Positions 27,270-41,728 of a stretch of DNA of 64,000 nucleotides are shown piece after piece. Within the stretch, counting starts at the first letter, position 1, and each line of letters begins with the position of its first letter. The position numbers and the translations under genes are program-made. Location: positions 120,094,001-120,158,000 of the forward strand of contig OX597819.1 in the NCBI GenBank assembly GCA_951406725.2. The letters run 5' to 3'. This DNA comes from Octopus vulgaris. Lineage: Eukaryota. The notes under the pieces are model-generated. The model worked only from the letters and a program-made list of their open reading frames with translations, was not told where the DNA came from and did no database searches.

Positions 27270-27850
27270 TATTAAGTTCACACATCATCGAGGTCAACTT
27301 TACCTTACATCCCCTTTGGATTGGGAGATTGATAAAATAAGTACCAGTCAAGTACAGGGGTTGTTGCATTCGATTGCTCCCTCTCTTCCAAACTGCTGAT
27401 ATGTACCAAAAATAGACATAATATTATGTCTGAAGAACGCGCGAACTGACAGAAATCTCAGCCAAAAACTTAGCAGTCTTTACGTTCTGATTTCAAATTC
27501 CGCCGAGGTCATCTTTGCCATTTTCCGGATCGTTAAAATAACTACCAGATCAGCTTCGGGGCCCATAAATTCAACTTGCCCGCTCACCTTACATTGCTGG
27601 CCTTGTGCCAAAATTTGAAATCAATATTCATTTAAGGCGGTCATCTGGCAGAATCGTTAGCAAGCCAGGCGAAATACTTAGCGGCTTTTGGTCCGCCCTT
27701 TTACATTCGGAATTCAAATTCTACTGTATGGTTTTACCGTTTTTACAGTCGATAAAGTAAAGTACCAGTTAAGCACTGAAGAAGATGTAATCGACTCAGC
27801 CCTTACCCCAAAATTGCTGGCCTTGTGCTAAAATTTCAAGTCAATATTTA
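27270..27850 (+). mobile_element. Three degenerate MetaSINE-like units in tandem
   Basis: Repeated CAAATTCC..GAGGTC..GATAAAATAAGTACCAG..GGCCTTGTGC.AAAATTT. Confidence 0.7.
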
Positions 27851-29448
27851 TGAAATCTAGGGGCCAAATACGGAGACTCTCCATGATTAGTTGAACTGTC
27901 GGTAAATAAATGTAAAATTCCATTTTACCATCTTTGATTGATTAATGTTGTCTGAAATGTATTATATTTGATATCTGAACGAATGTTGATGGCTGCGAAA
28001 CCTTTGATCATGGGTTGGCTAGATCACAAATAAGAATTAGCGGCAGTTTAAATTCACTTCACTAACACCGCTAATACTCTCGCCAAGCAAATATACGTCA
28101 ATCATCCTAGATTTGGTTTTATTTCCCTAATTTCTTTTGTGCGTAACCAAGAAAAAAAATTTATATCACAATAGAGAGTGCCACGTTATAGATGCAGGTG
28201 GAGATTATTTGCTAATTACCAGTCAAGTATTGGCGTCTTGATCGTTATCAAACCTTTTTTATGTATTATTTTTTTCTTTCTTGGCAAATTTTGATTTGAT
28301 ACAAAATGCGACAAGCCGTTTACAATGAGCGAATGCTTTCCAATGTTATTTTATATTTTATTTCTTTTACAATATAATTTTCGTGCGCAGTACAGTATGT
28401 CTGTGACATACTAAGAAATAAATTGTTCATATAACAGTACAGTCTACAGGAGAAGTAGTTTATTTAATCTTAACAAGCATGACTTCGTGTAATTCTTTCC
28501 CCTAAAGTTACAAGTTCTCCAATTACGGGTGAGGGTTGTTATAATCAATTACATTGTTCCCAGTGTCAACTGACAGTTATTCTATCAAGCCCCAAACGAT
28601 GAAAGGTGGAACTTGAAATCAGAACGTAAAGCCAGAAAAACCCACAAAATATTTTTGTCTGACAGCTTGGTGATGCATTCTGTAGTGGGCAACTGATAAA
28701 GTCATTAGACTGTCGGGTGGATTTCTTTTCAATAATCATTCCATTTCTGGCTCTCTATGTTCTGAGTTCAAATCGTACATCTTCATTATTTTTCAGGGTG
28801 TATAAACAAAGTGCAGCTCATGTAGGTGGCAGTCACTCTTCAGTTCATCAAGCTACTTTTATCTGTCCTTTTCTTTCCTCTCCTTCTAGAATAAATAACT
28901 GTGAACAGATGTAGTAAAATAGGGATTCTTCCATGTCTAAATTTATATGTGAGTATATTTATGTAGTATGTGTTAGTGTATAAGTATATATATATATTTA
29001 TATGTACGCATTTATAGATATAGAGACAGATGTCACTATACATATGTATGAATACATAAACACACAGATATATATATATGTGTGCGTGTGTGAGTGAGTG
29101 TGTGTGTCTCTGTGTGTGTGGGTGTGTGAGGGTGTGTGTGTGTACGCATACAAACGCCAGCTTATTTGGCTGTATTTAGTTTAAGCACTATGCTATAAGA
29201 TGTGTAGGATGGAAAATGAATAATAGATGTGTCACTGTTGCTGTAGACGTCAGGTCTTTGATCCAACCTACTCACTCAATTGTATTAGAAGTGGGTGAAT
29301 ATTCCACAGATATAGTATGTGTCAAACTCTATGGTACGTTAAAATCATGTGCCCACACCCTAACCTGTACAGTATACGATCTGATCTTCTATTCTTTCCA
29401 TACGTTTCACACACCTACTTCTGAATATATATATAGATATATATATAT

Positions 29449-29545
<97 letters not shown>

Positions 29546-29551
29546 GATATA

Positions 29552-29874
29552 TAGGTATCAAGTTAGAGGAGTTTAATACCTCTAAGGGATAATTAAATCC
29601 AAAGTCGCACCTGGCTATTAGCTGGGTAAGTACAGTTTTTAGTAAGATTGTACGGTAGCAAGTGGCTTGGTTGGTAAACCGGAGTTTAGGTTATATAAGA
29701 GAAGAAAATGGTTATAATAAGTAAATCTCTTCAGGAGAGGTTTACTTACTCCAGTAAATCGAAACGATCGTAAATGCCACGCTCAGCTCTGCTTCTTATA
29801 TTGTTTGTTACCTATTTAATTCAAGACATGCCAGCCTAACCCACGAGTCTCCCATTGTTATTACAACCATTTCT

Positions 29875-29880
<6 letters not shown>
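29552..29880 (-). mobile_element. Fold-back PLE-type fragment with a partial HHR at the inversion junction
   Basis: GAGAAGAAAATGGTTATAATAA / TTATTACAACCATTTCTTCTC inverted ends; hairpin 29718-29748; GAAAC-GATC-GTA at 29761-29772. Confidence 0.6.
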
Positions 29881-29912
<32 letters not shown>

Positions 29913-29954
29913 GTGTGTGTGTGTGTGTGGTGTACGTATGTATATGTGTGTGTG

Positions 29955-30675
29955 TATTCTTTTATTCTTTTGCTATTTCAGTCATTTAACTGCGGCCATG
30001 GTGGGTCGCTGCCTTGAAGGGTTTTAGTCGAACAAACCGACGCCAAACGTATTGTTTTCGTGGCCTAGTTCATATTCTATTGGATTATTTTGCTGAATCA
30101 GTAAGTTACGGGAACGTAATCACACCAGTACCGTTTGTCAAACAGTGGTGTGGGGCCAAACACAGACACAAAGACACAGACATATACATATACATATACA
30201 TACATATATATATTTATATATATATATATATATATACATTTCAGATATAGGGTGAAAAATTATTAACTTAATAAAATCAACAAATTTCGCCTAGTAGTTT
30301 TTCGGTATCGAAAAAGACCATATTCGGTAAAAACTTATACAAAAAGATTTTTATATATATAATTATAACAATAAGGGTTTAGCAACAAATTGCTTGACCA
30401 CATACCGAAAATTTTGGCTGCTATTTCTAAAATTTTCGATATCCGGTCAAGCAACTTGTTGCTAAACACTTATTGTTATAATTATATATATATATATATA
30501 TATATATACGACGTGCTTCTTTCAGGTTCCTTCTACCAAATAAACTCGCACGGTAGTGGTCAGCCCGTTGCTATGCGAGAAGATACTTGCTTAAGATTCC
30601 ACACAGTGGGACTGAACCCAGAATCATGTAGTTGGGAAGCAGCGTCTATAAACTACACAGAAACGCTTTCGCCTG
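29955..30675 (-). mobile_element. Diverged OK-like SINE split by a nested fold-back element
   Basis: 3' half 29955-30180, 5' half 30508-30675. Confidence 0.75.
30240..30490 (-). mobile_element. Fold-back PLE-type fragment (about 60-bp inverted arms)
   Basis: 30354-30416 vs 30430-30490 inverted with a few mismatches; about 110-nt unique tail on the left. Confidence 0.7.
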
Positions 30676-30853
30676 TGCACCCATCCACGCTTACGCCTGC
30701 CTGTGCATGCATATATGTTGATATATATGTTGGCGCACGTGATTATGTGTATGAATGTGTTTCAGCGTGCCTCTTGTCTAACAGTGTAACCATCTATGAA
30801 TACCTGAATACTCTATATATACTTTTACTCTCAAGTAGAGAATGTGTGGGAGT

Positions 30854-31222
30854 GGGAAGCACTCCGTCGGTTCCGACGACGAGGGTTCCGGTTGATCCGA
30901 TCAAAGGAACAGCCTGCTCGTGAAATTAACGTGTAAGTGGCTGAGCACTCCACAGACACGTGTACCCTTAACGTAGTTCTCGAGGATATTCAGCGTGACA
31001 CAGAGAGTGACAAGGCCGGCCCTTTGAAATACAGGTACAACAGAAACAGGAAGTAAGAGTGAGAGAAAGTTGTGGCGAAAGAGTACAGCAGGGATCACCA
31101 CCATCCCCTGCCGGAGCCTCGTGGAGCTTTAGGTGTTTTCGCTCAATAAACACTCACAATGCCCGGTCTGGGAATCGAAACCGCGAGTCCGCTGCCCTAA
31201 CCACTGGGCCATTGCGCCTCCA
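30854..31222 (-). mobile_element. tRNA-Arg-derived SINE, OR-like long form
   Basis: Near-identical to 58013-58397; flanking AGTAGAGAA duplication. Confidence 0.9.
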
Positions 31223-31572
31223 CAGTAGAGAAATGACAAACTATGCGTCTGATGACCTCACGTCTGAGATAAAGCATCAGTATTTCCGTTTACTTATTTT
31301 GATACGCACACATTCTTTTATACACAGAAAATCACCCCTCAAGGGCTATTTGTTGGAGGTGCCGCATTGGTGAATCGATCTCGTGAACTCATGACAAAAA
31401 CCAAAGTGAATTTCTTTGCATTTTGCAATGTCAGCACGACAAAGACAGACCTTATATGAAGAGAGAAGGAAGTAAAAAGAAAAAAAAAAACATGAAGGAG
31501 CAAGGAAGCGGAAATGCAATAGCGTTTTGCTTATTTATATTTTACAGTATTTTATTTATAATATACATCTAT

Positions 31573-31607
<35 letters not shown>

Positions 31608-31784
31608 TTCCTTTGGTTCTAGGGACGTTAAGCAGTGCGCTGTTAAGCTTTCTGGGTAGAAGGGTTCTTTGTAACGTGGTTTCAATTGCTATTTGGAACC
31701 GCTTCACGTATATCATTAATTCTTTCAAAGTTACAATTTCACATTTTCAACGATGCTTCTCTAACTCTACTTCATTCAATATAC

Positions 31785-32185
31785 AAATACGTACACACAC
31801 ACGTCCGCACACGTATTGCATGTACGAACACACACACGCACACACACACACACACACATATGTATGTATATGCACATATATATATACATGCATATATGTA
31901 TACAAATGTGTGTATATATCTACAACTAAATATGTGTGTGTATGTGTGTGTGTATAATATAATATATATATCTATATATATTTGTGCATGTGTATTTATG
32001 TATATATCTAATGTATCTATTTATAAATACCTGTAAAAGTTTATACATATATGCATATACTATACCCACACACTCATATACACACATATATATATATATT
32101 TATATAAAGATAGATATGCAAGTAGCAATTTTGATTCTGTGTTTGTGTATATATATATGTATATATATGTACATATATATATATA

Positions 32186-32234
<49 letters not shown>

Positions 32235-32292
32235 GTACATACATATGCACACATACATATATATTTACACAAACATATATATATATGTAGAC

Positions 32293-32325
<33 letters not shown>

Positions 32326-32767
32326 TATATACACACGTATGCATATACATATATATACATACATATACATTTATACACACTCATATACATACATATAATT
32401 ATATACGTAAGCATATGTACAGAAAGAATGAAAGAAAGAAAGAACGAAAGAAAGGGAGGAAATGTACACATATATAACACTTTCACGCGCTTCTATCCGC
32501 TGCCTAGGCACAGTGAAATATGCGAATCTTCCTATGTGAATGTAAGCGTGAATGATCAAGTTTATGCCTAAGATAGCAAGTGCCCAGGCACGTATTGGTG
32601 TATATATACTTATCCTTATGCACCTTTTTAAGCATTCATGCAAAATGATTTCCACTGGAAATTACATAATTGATATTCGTAGAGTTATGTAATCATACAC
32701 AAAGTACACATATGTGTGTATATGCAAATATATTACATATATACGTATATATTTACTTATATACACA

Positions 32768-32837
<70 letters not shown>

Positions 32838-32991
32838 GTATATACATATATGTACATACATATTTACACACACAAATATATACATATATATGTGTAAATA
32901 TATATATATATATATATATAATATACACATATATATATAACTACATGCATATATATAAAAAAATATATATACATCTATATGTATATATATA

Positions 32992-33025
<34 letters not shown>

Positions 33026-33203
33026 TATTTATATATATATATGTATGTATATATTTGTATGTATATATATATATATGTATGTATACATATATATACATAT
33101 ATATACATATATACATATATATATATACATATATATACATATATATATACATATACATATATATATACATATATATATACACATACATATACACACACAC
33201 ACA

Positions 33204-33245
<42 letters not shown>
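31785..33245. repeat. Compound (TA/CA)n microsatellite fields
   Basis: Directly visible; source of the YIYI-type ORFs. Confidence 0.95.
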
Positions 33246-33247
<2 letters not shown>

Positions 33248-33689
33248 AGGAAGTCTTGTGAGTGTGATGATCTCTGTGTGATTAAGCACAAATTATAAAT
33301 GTGTATTTAAAATTATCGGAAAAGGAACGCAAATATCTGCGTATATATAGGTGGCTGTTGCTGTGGCTGCGTACGTGTATTAACGGCATTATGTCTTCTA
33401 AAATGTATACTTGTAGCCGAATATATTAATATATATTTATGTTCGGCCATGTGTGCAATAGTAGATTATAGTGATATTCTTGCATGAGAAAGGACATTTA
33501 CAGGGAGAAAAAAATAGGGAAAGCAAATTTAGAGATTCACATAGGATGATACCCCAAAAACACGCACACAAATTATGTTCGTACATATCAATTTGGATTA
33601 TTCCACAACCAAATTATTCTGACACATAATACACTTCCATGAAAAAGTAGGCATATGATATTTTTGTTTTGTAATTTTTTTATGCAATA

Positions 33690-34410
33690 GGAATAAGGCC
33701 TGAAAATTTTTCGCCGATTACATCGATTCTAGCACTCAATTGGTGGTTGTTTTATCGACACTAAAGGAAGCAAAGAGGGAGTTGGCAACGGAGATATTGG
33801 AACACAAATTGTAAGGACAGAAGTAATGCTGCTACGTATTTCCTTTTCTACTCTAGACACAAAGCCCGAAATTTTAGTGGGGAAGGGGGCAGTCTATTAC
33901 ATCGTCCCCAATTTTATTGATCCCGAATTTATGAAAGGCAAAGTCGACCTCAGCGGAATTTGAACTCAGAACTAGCAACGGACGAAATACCTATTTCTTT
34001 ACTACCCACAAGGGGCTAAACACAGAGAGGACAAACAAGGACAGACAAAAGGACTAAGTCGATTATATCGACCCCCAGTGCGTAACTGTTACTTATTTAA
34101 TCGACCTCGAAAGGATGAAAGGCAAAGTCGACCTCGGCGGAATTTGAACTCAGAACGTAACGGCAGACGAAATACCAATTTCTTTACTACCCACAAGGGG
34201 CTAAACACAGAGAGGACAAACAAGGACAGACAAACGGATTAAGTCGATTATATCGACTCCAGTGCCTAACTGGTATTTATTTAATCGACCCCGAAAGGAT
34301 GAAAGGCAAAGTAGACCCCGTCGGAATTTGAACTCAGAACGTAGCAGCAGACGAAATACCGCTCAGCATTTCGCCCGGTATGCTAACGATTCTACCAGCT
34401 CGCCGCCTTA
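33690..34410 (-). mobile_element. Head-to-tail MetaSINE-like array (3 good units at 184-bp spacing plus 1 decayed)
   Basis: Core GTCGAC/GTAGAC at 33943, 34127, 34311; full head only at 34355-34410. Confidence 0.88.
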
Positions 34411-34862
34411 AAATTGTGCTAAGCATAATATCTGGTGCGTTGACGATTCAGCAAGCTCGCGCCTTGAGTATGTGCATTATATCATAATTAATGTATATCA
34501 TGTACATAGGAATTTGGGAAAACATACAGAGAAAGAGAATAACCAAATAATGAGTACATCATGGTGAGTATAGAATATATGAGTATCCATAGTCTATGGA
34601 TCGTGGTCATAGTCCCAAAATATGCGTTTGTGTGTGTGTTTGTGTAAGTGTACGCATGTGCGAACATGTGTGTGTGTGTAGATACGGATTAACGTATATG
34701 TGTGCCTCCGTGTGTGCGTGTCTATATATTGATATATAGTCACATAAAATTACAGGCATTCATATATGTGTATATACACATACATATTCACCCATCCATA
34801 CATACACACACACATATATATGTGTATATATGTATATATATATGTATATATATAAATGTATA

Positions 34863-34937
<75 letters not shown>

Positions 34938-35132
34938 GTACATGCATACACACACATACATATATAGAGAGAGAGAAAGAAAGAGAGTGTGAGAGAGAGA
35001 TAGAGAGAAGAGATACACGCACCATGTGTGTGTGTACATACATATATATATACCGATGAATATACATACATACGCATTTATGTGTCTGTGTATACGTATA
35101 TATACAGGTGTGTGTGTTTGTGTGTGTGTGTA

Positions 35133-35184
<52 letters not shown>

Positions 35185-35519
35185 TGTGTGTTAGAGATGC
35201 TTATCATTTTCGTGTTTGGTTGTGGAAGTTCTAAATATGCGTTCATTTATTCTTTTAAACTTCTTGAAAGAATCACTTGTTAATCTTTCAAATGCACCAA
35301 ATGACAGTCTGTTTTAGGTGATGTAAAACAACAATTACATGATAATTATTATAAATAGAAAATGTTAATTCTTAAAATGTGAAATTTTAAATTTCTAAAT
35401 GAAGAATCCAGAAGTAAACAAATATTTTTTTTTTTTTTTTGTTTGTTTCCGACATGTTCATTTGCGACTCTATATATGTAATACCATTCATACGAATTTG
35501 TTTCCATATGTGCAATCTT

Positions 35520-36045
35520 ATGGCTTTCATTTTTCACTTATATCAGTCATTTGGAGTGCAGCCATGCTGGAGCAACGTATTGAAGCGATTTAAGCCAACG
35601 GAGCGACCCCTGTAGTTATATTTTAAGACTGGAATTTATTGCTTTTCGTTTGTCGAACAGGTGAATTACAGGGACGTAAACAAACAAACATACGTGCATG
35701 TATATCTTGCATACATGCATACATACATACATAATTCAGTAAGTATATACATTTATATACATGCATGCATGCATACATAAATACATACTTACATACATAG
35801 ATACATCTATCCATAGATACATAAATACATACATATATGTATTCATGCATAGATACATGCTTACATAAATAATACAAACATACGTACATACATACATGCA
35901 TACCTACCTGCATTCATACAAACATACATACATATATTCATACAAAAAAGAGCTAGGGTATATAGTAGAAGAAATCCCCCAAGGTGCCGACCACTGGGAC
36001 TTCATCTGGAACCTCGTGGCTGCATAGCAAATTCCTTCAACACAT
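35520..36045 (-). mobile_element. Degenerate OK-like SINE with expanded internal (CATA)n
   Basis: Recognisable tail at 35540-35690 and head at 35950-36045. Confidence 0.6.
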
Positions 36046-36134
36046 GTTTTTATTCGTTATGTTTTCACTCAGTAAATGGATCCTTTATATAAAAATGAAT
36101 ATGCAGAATGTGCAATACTAACGTTTCACAGAAT

Positions 36135-36340
36135 TACTCTTTTACTTTTTTACTTGTTTCAGTCATTTGACTGCGGCCATGCTGGAGCACCGCCTTTAGT
36201 CAAGCAAATCGACCCCTAGGACTTATTCTTTGTATTTTATCTTGTATTCCATCTAGTTACGGGGACGTAAACACATCCGCATCGGTTGTCAAGCGATATT
36301 GGGGAGGACAAACACAGACATAAACAAATACACATACACA

Positions 36341-36433
<93 letters not shown>

Positions 36434-36752
36434 CGGGAAGCTTTATGAAAATAGACAAAAGACGAAGGCAGGTGGAAAACAAACAAACAATTGTATTAGT
36501 ATGGCGCTCAGGAAATATAAATAAAACAAGTCTTTAACGTTTCGAGCCTACGCTCTTCAACAGAAAGATACACAGAGAGAAAAAAAACACAGAAAGAAGG
36601 AGAGAAAAAAAACGCGTGCAGTAACTAACGAATCAACATGGCGATAATATATGAGAAAATAAGAATACAACAAACGGGACAGTTTATGCGAACAAGTTCA
36701 AGGTTGAAAGTTCAAGGTTGAAAGTTCAAGGTGAGAAATGTGTAGACGTCGT

Positions 36753-36808
<56 letters not shown>

Positions 36809-36928
36809 TACGACGGGCTTCTTCCAGTTTCCGTCTGCCAAATCCCAATGTGCCACGCAGTGGGAATGAACCCGGAACCATGTTGATGGTAAGCAAGCTA
36901 CTTACCACACAGCGACTCATGCGCCTAC
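36135..36928 (-). mobile_element. OK-like SINE split by a nested HHR fragment
   Basis: 3' half 36135-36330, 5' half 36808-36928. Confidence 0.82.
36432..36645 (-). mobile_element. PLE-type 3' fragment with minimal HHR variant (36530-36570)
   Basis: Minus strand TCTTT-CTGTTGA-A-GAGC GTAG GCTC-GAAACGTT-AAAGA. Confidence 0.72.
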
Positions 36929-37192
36929 TGCATACAATATATTTGGATATCACTTATATAATTTAGTTTGCTAGAAGATATCCACAAAGTGAAATTAATC
37001 CTGCGATTAGTATTCAAACCAACTAAATATTATGATTCTCTATTGCATTTTACTGAGAAGGCATTTATGCAATAGTCGTGCTGAATGATTTTGTTCATCA
37101 ACAAGCCTTGGAATTCACCTCATGCCTTGAAGCTAATTAACGAGCAAGGGTCTTACACACTATACAGTCAGATTCCCTCATGCATACGTATA

Positions 37193-38110
37193 CAAGGGTA
37201 GGACAAAGTAATGGAAACACGACGTTTATTTAACTACCTTTATGTTGTATTAGCAATACAACAAATTCAGGACTACTCTAGTTAGTATATATATGAGTTC
37301 GTAGGCATTATGTATAATTTGCACATTATATGGGATGGAAGCACTCCGTCGGTTACGACGACGAGGGTTCCGGTTGATCCGAATCAACGGAACAGCCTGC
37401 TCGTGAAATTAACGTGTAAGTAGTTGAGCACTCCACAGACACGTGAACCCTTAACGTACTTCTCGGGGATATTCAGCGTGACACAGACAGTGACAAGGCC
37501 GGCCCTTTGAAATACAGGTACAACAGAAACAGGAAGTAAGAGTAAGAGAAAGTTGTGGTGAAAGAGTACAGCAGGGATCACCACCATCCCCTGCCGGGGC
37601 CTCGTGGAGCTTTAGGTGTTTTCGCTCAATAAACACTCACAACGCCCGGTCTGGGAACCGAAACTGCGATCCTATGACCGCGAGTCCGCTGCCCTAACCA
37701 CTGGGCCATTGCGCCTCCTTCACATTATATATGCCTTGTACATAGTAAATATGCCCACGATATAGCCCTCTGTTTTTCGTTTCTCTTCAAAATATTTATA
37801 TTTAAATAAGTTAAGACATGACTTGTTTATAAAACAAGAAAGATTCTTGTATCACGGATAGTTGGAGCGTCACCCACTAAACCTGCTGAAATGTTTAATG
37901 TTTCGAGTGGTACAGTCTCTATAAACCATGTTGGTATTCCAAAGTTTCGGTAAAAGCCAGCTTGAGCAAGCATAATTCCGGTCCGAAGGCAGAACTCACA
38001 GAGACGCATTGCAGCGTAGTGGAATTTATTGATAAAAACATCGAAACCCGGCGTCGAATATGATAGCAAGTCTAATGTATCACCTTGCTATTTTCGTGTA
38101 AACCAAAAAA
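37193..38110 (+). mobile_element. Decayed Tc1-like transposon 5' part, interrupted by a SINE
   Basis: TA|CAAGGGTAGGACAAAGTAATGGAAACAC TIR-like end. 37840-38090 translates (with frameshifts) to KILVSRIVGASPTKPAEMFNVSSGTVS..SKHNSG..ELTE, resembling a Tc1 paired-like HTH N-terminus. Confidence 0.65.
37332..37720 (-). mobile_element. tRNA-Arg-derived SINE, OR-like long form
   Basis: Full-length copy; TSD CACATTATAT at 37322-37331 and 37721-37730. Confidence 0.92.
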
Positions 38111-38462
38111 GGGGGCGCGTCATGAGTTCCTTACATCTAGATACAGAAGGGTTGCAATTGTTAAATCTGTCTTGTCCCTCATCTGCATTAATAAGTCTTG
38201 TAATTATTATATCGTTTGCTATTGTCGAACTGTTGTGTTAAAGGACCTTAAATAAACCTAACACAGGTTGTCAAGCAGTGGGGAAGACAAACAGAATCAC
38301 CAAAAGTATACGACTGTAAACTTTCAGTTTCCATCTACAAAATCCCCCCACGCGACTTTGGTCCACCCGAGCTTCTAGTAGAAGATACCGAAGATGTCAC
38401 GATGTGAGACTGAACCAGAAGTTAGGGGACTGGGATTCAAATTTCTGACCAAACCACTATGT

Positions 38463-39238
38463 CTTATTTCTTTATTGCCCACAATGGGCTAAACAAAGGT
38501 GTAGAGGGGACAAACAAGGGCAGACAAAGATATTAAGTCAATTACATCGACCCCAGTGCGTAACTGGTACTTACTTTATCGACCTCGGAAGGATGAAAGG
38601 CAAAGTCGACTTCGGTGGAATTCAACTCAGAACGTAGCGGCAGAAGAAATACTATTTCTTTACTACCCACTAGGGGCTGAACACAGAGAGGACAAACAAG
38701 GACAGACAAACGGATTAAGTGGATTACATCGATCCCCAGTACACAATTGGTACTTATTTAATCGACCCCGAATTTATGAAAGGCAAAGTCGACCTCGGCG
38801 GAATTTGAACTCAAAACGTAACGGCAGACAAAATACCTATTTCTTTACTACTCACAAGGGGCTAAACACAGAGGGGACAAACAAGGACAGGATTAAGTCG
38901 ATTACATCGACCCCAGTGCGTAACTGGTACTTATTTAATCGACCCCGAAAGGATGAAAGGCAAAGTCGACCTCGGCGGAATTTGAACTCAGAACGTAACG
39001 GCAGACGAAATACCTATTTCTTTACTACCCACAAAGGGATAAACACAGAGGACAAACAAGGAAAGACAGACGGATTAAGTCGATTATATCGACCCCAGTG
39101 CGTAACTGGTACTTATTTAATCGACCCCGAAAGGATGAAAGGCAAAGTCGACCTCGGCGGAATTTGAACTCAGAACGTAGTAGCAGACGAAATACCGCTA
39201 AGCATTTCGCCCGGCATGCTAACGTTTCTGCCAACTAA
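38463..39238 (-). mobile_element. Head-to-tail MetaSINE-like array (4 units)
   Basis: Core GTCGAC at 38605, 38788, 38965, 39147 (spacing 183, 177, 182). Confidence 0.9.
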
Positions 39239-39784
39239 ACCGCCCTATATGCTTCACTAATGTTTCTGCCAACTCACCGCCCAAACCACTATGTCTGCGC
39301 CTATGCGGAACTTCTTCACAATCCTATTTAACGAGTATAACGAGCGGGAAGAAGGATTTCTCGCTATTTTATATTTTATAACGAGCTCAACAAATGAATA
39401 TAAAGCCAAGATAACATTATACTTTAACCAGCCAGAACCAGACTATGAAAGTATGTTGGGAAATTTAATATTTCGATGATGATTAATGCTACACAATGAT
39501 GCAGGTGATTCGCTTGAGGATTCTATGATGTTATGGGGGGCTGAAACTATATCACACTGTGGACGGGTAATGTAATTTCTGGTATGAATATAAAGGAAAG
39601 CAGTAAAATGTATTGTGAATGGTAAATACACAAAAGAGGTGCCTCCAGCACATCTGAACAAATGGTTCATAATAACCGTTAATTCTCTAATTTATCTGAT
39701 CATAGTTTTTGAACAGAGATTTATTTTGAGACTTGGCTTCTGTAGTTGTTTCATTTGAAATGTTATTGATTATCATTTGTGTGT

Positions 39785-39871
<87 letters not shown>

Positions 39872-39926
39872 CGAGTCATTAATTTGATATTTTTCTCTCT
39901 TTTGTGTGTATAAATAGATTCTCTAT

Positions 39927-40110
39927 AGAAGTCAGAGTCAATATAGAACCTGTCTACCTGCTAGAAATAATGACCAAATCTCTCGTAAATGAAGCCATGC
40001 CCACACTGGCACATACATATCAGAAGTAAGAGTCAATATAAAACCTGTCTACCTGCTAGAAATAACGACCAAATCTCTCTTAAATGAACCCATACCCACA
40101 TTGGCACATT
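39927..40110. repeat. 95-bp tandem duplication inside a decayed dispersed repeat
   Basis: AGAAGT.AGAGTCAATATA.AACCTGTCTACCTGCTAGAAATAA.GACCAAATCTCTC at 39927 and 40022. Confidence 0.85.
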
Positions 40111-41102
40111 GGTTGATGGAGCAAACACACGTCATAGATATCACTGAAAACAGAATTATTCTGGATGGAGAGGTCATGGCTGGAATGGACTTGCTGATAA
40201 TGTGTATCTTCTCTTAGGGAAGTTTACATTGACGCTAAACAAATTAACAACGGCAGGATAGATAGAATGCAATAGCATAAGTGTGATTTGAAAGATAGAG
40301 ACACGTTTCTGCCAAACTAAGCCCTTACTATTGTTATCGGCGTCTCCTGTAACGACCTATCTCAATAATAATTGTTTAGTATAGTTCAATTAGAAGTGTG
40401 TTACAAAACACACTAATCAGAGAAGTCGGATTGAAACACGTTCTGCTAAGGTATTTGAAATTCTAATATATTAATGAATAATTGGAAGAATCGACGAAAC
40501 CAATCAGTCTCGGAGGAATTTCATTGAGCAAGGAACTGACAGAAATTGCTGCAATGTGAATGATAAGAACGTGAGTGGTTGGAATAGAAATTGATATTAT
40601 TAACAAGAACAAATTAAAGTATAGGTGGATGAGAAATGCATACTGCACTCTGACTATGAAAGAAGATATCTGTCTTAATAGCATTCAATCTCTTTATCTT
40701 TTTAGCAATTTATCTTCCCTTTACTTATGCTTCTGTCTTTTTGTTTCCCTCTCCCTGTCTCTCTCGCCCTGTCTCTCGTGGGATATGTCTGTATGTGTGT
40801 GTGGGGGAGGGGGGTTATGTATGTACATATACACGTATAGATATGTATGTATATAAATATATGTATATAAATATATAAAAATAACTAAACATGTATATAT
40901 GTATGTATGTATATATATATATATGCCTGTGTATGTGTTAACTATATATATAAGTATATCTATGTATATATGTATATGTATGTATATATTTGTATATATA
41001 TATATATATATATGCGTATGTATGTGTTAACTATATATATAAGTATATCTATATATATTTGTATATGTATGTATATATACATGTGTACATATATTCATGA
41101 AC

Positions 41103-41144
<42 letters not shown>

Positions 41145-41480
41145 ATGTATATATATATGCGTATAGATACAGGTACCCATCTGTGTAAGCAATTATGCAC
41201 TTATACTTGCGGAAACTTTTACATGTGTGTGTATTTACTGCATTTGTATGTATGTGTGTGCGTGTACGTGTGTAAGTGTGTGTTTACTTATGTATTGATT
41301 TTCGTCTCGATAAATTGGTTGGAACTACTTAGTTTCCCAACCGTCGCAGTATTGCGAACGGAATTTCATGTCATCTTTACCACAAGTTTTATTATTTGTA
41401 CCCAATGCTTGCTTGAAGCATAATCACATGAATGCTTGTGGTAGATATACCCATGCACACGATGATTATTGAGAAAGTAA

Positions 41481-41728
41481 TGCTAAAGTTGCCATGTAAA
41501 ATGCACCAATCCGACCGTGGCCTCGCCTGGCACCAGTGCCGGTGGCACGTAAAAAGCACCCACTACACTCACGGAGTGGTTGGCGTTAGGAAGGGCATCC
41601 AGCTGTAGAAACATTGCCAGATAAGACCGGAGCCTGGTGCAGCCTTCTGGTTTCCCAGATCCCCGGTCGAACCGTCCAACCCATGCTAGCATGAAGAACG
41701 GACGTTAAACGATGATGATGATGATGAT
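41481..41728 (+). mobile_element. 3' portion of an RTE-type SINE/LINE with (GAT)n tail
   Basis: GTGGTTGGCGTTAGGAAGGGCATCCAGCTGTAGAAAC..CCCATGCTAGCATG..GGACGTTAAAC(GAT)n. Confidence 0.7.

Noticed and set aside
38463-39238. Regularly spaced palindromic repeats resembling a CRISPR array
   Set aside because: Whole 180-bp units repeat with no unique spacers; eukaryotic SINE context; no cas genes.
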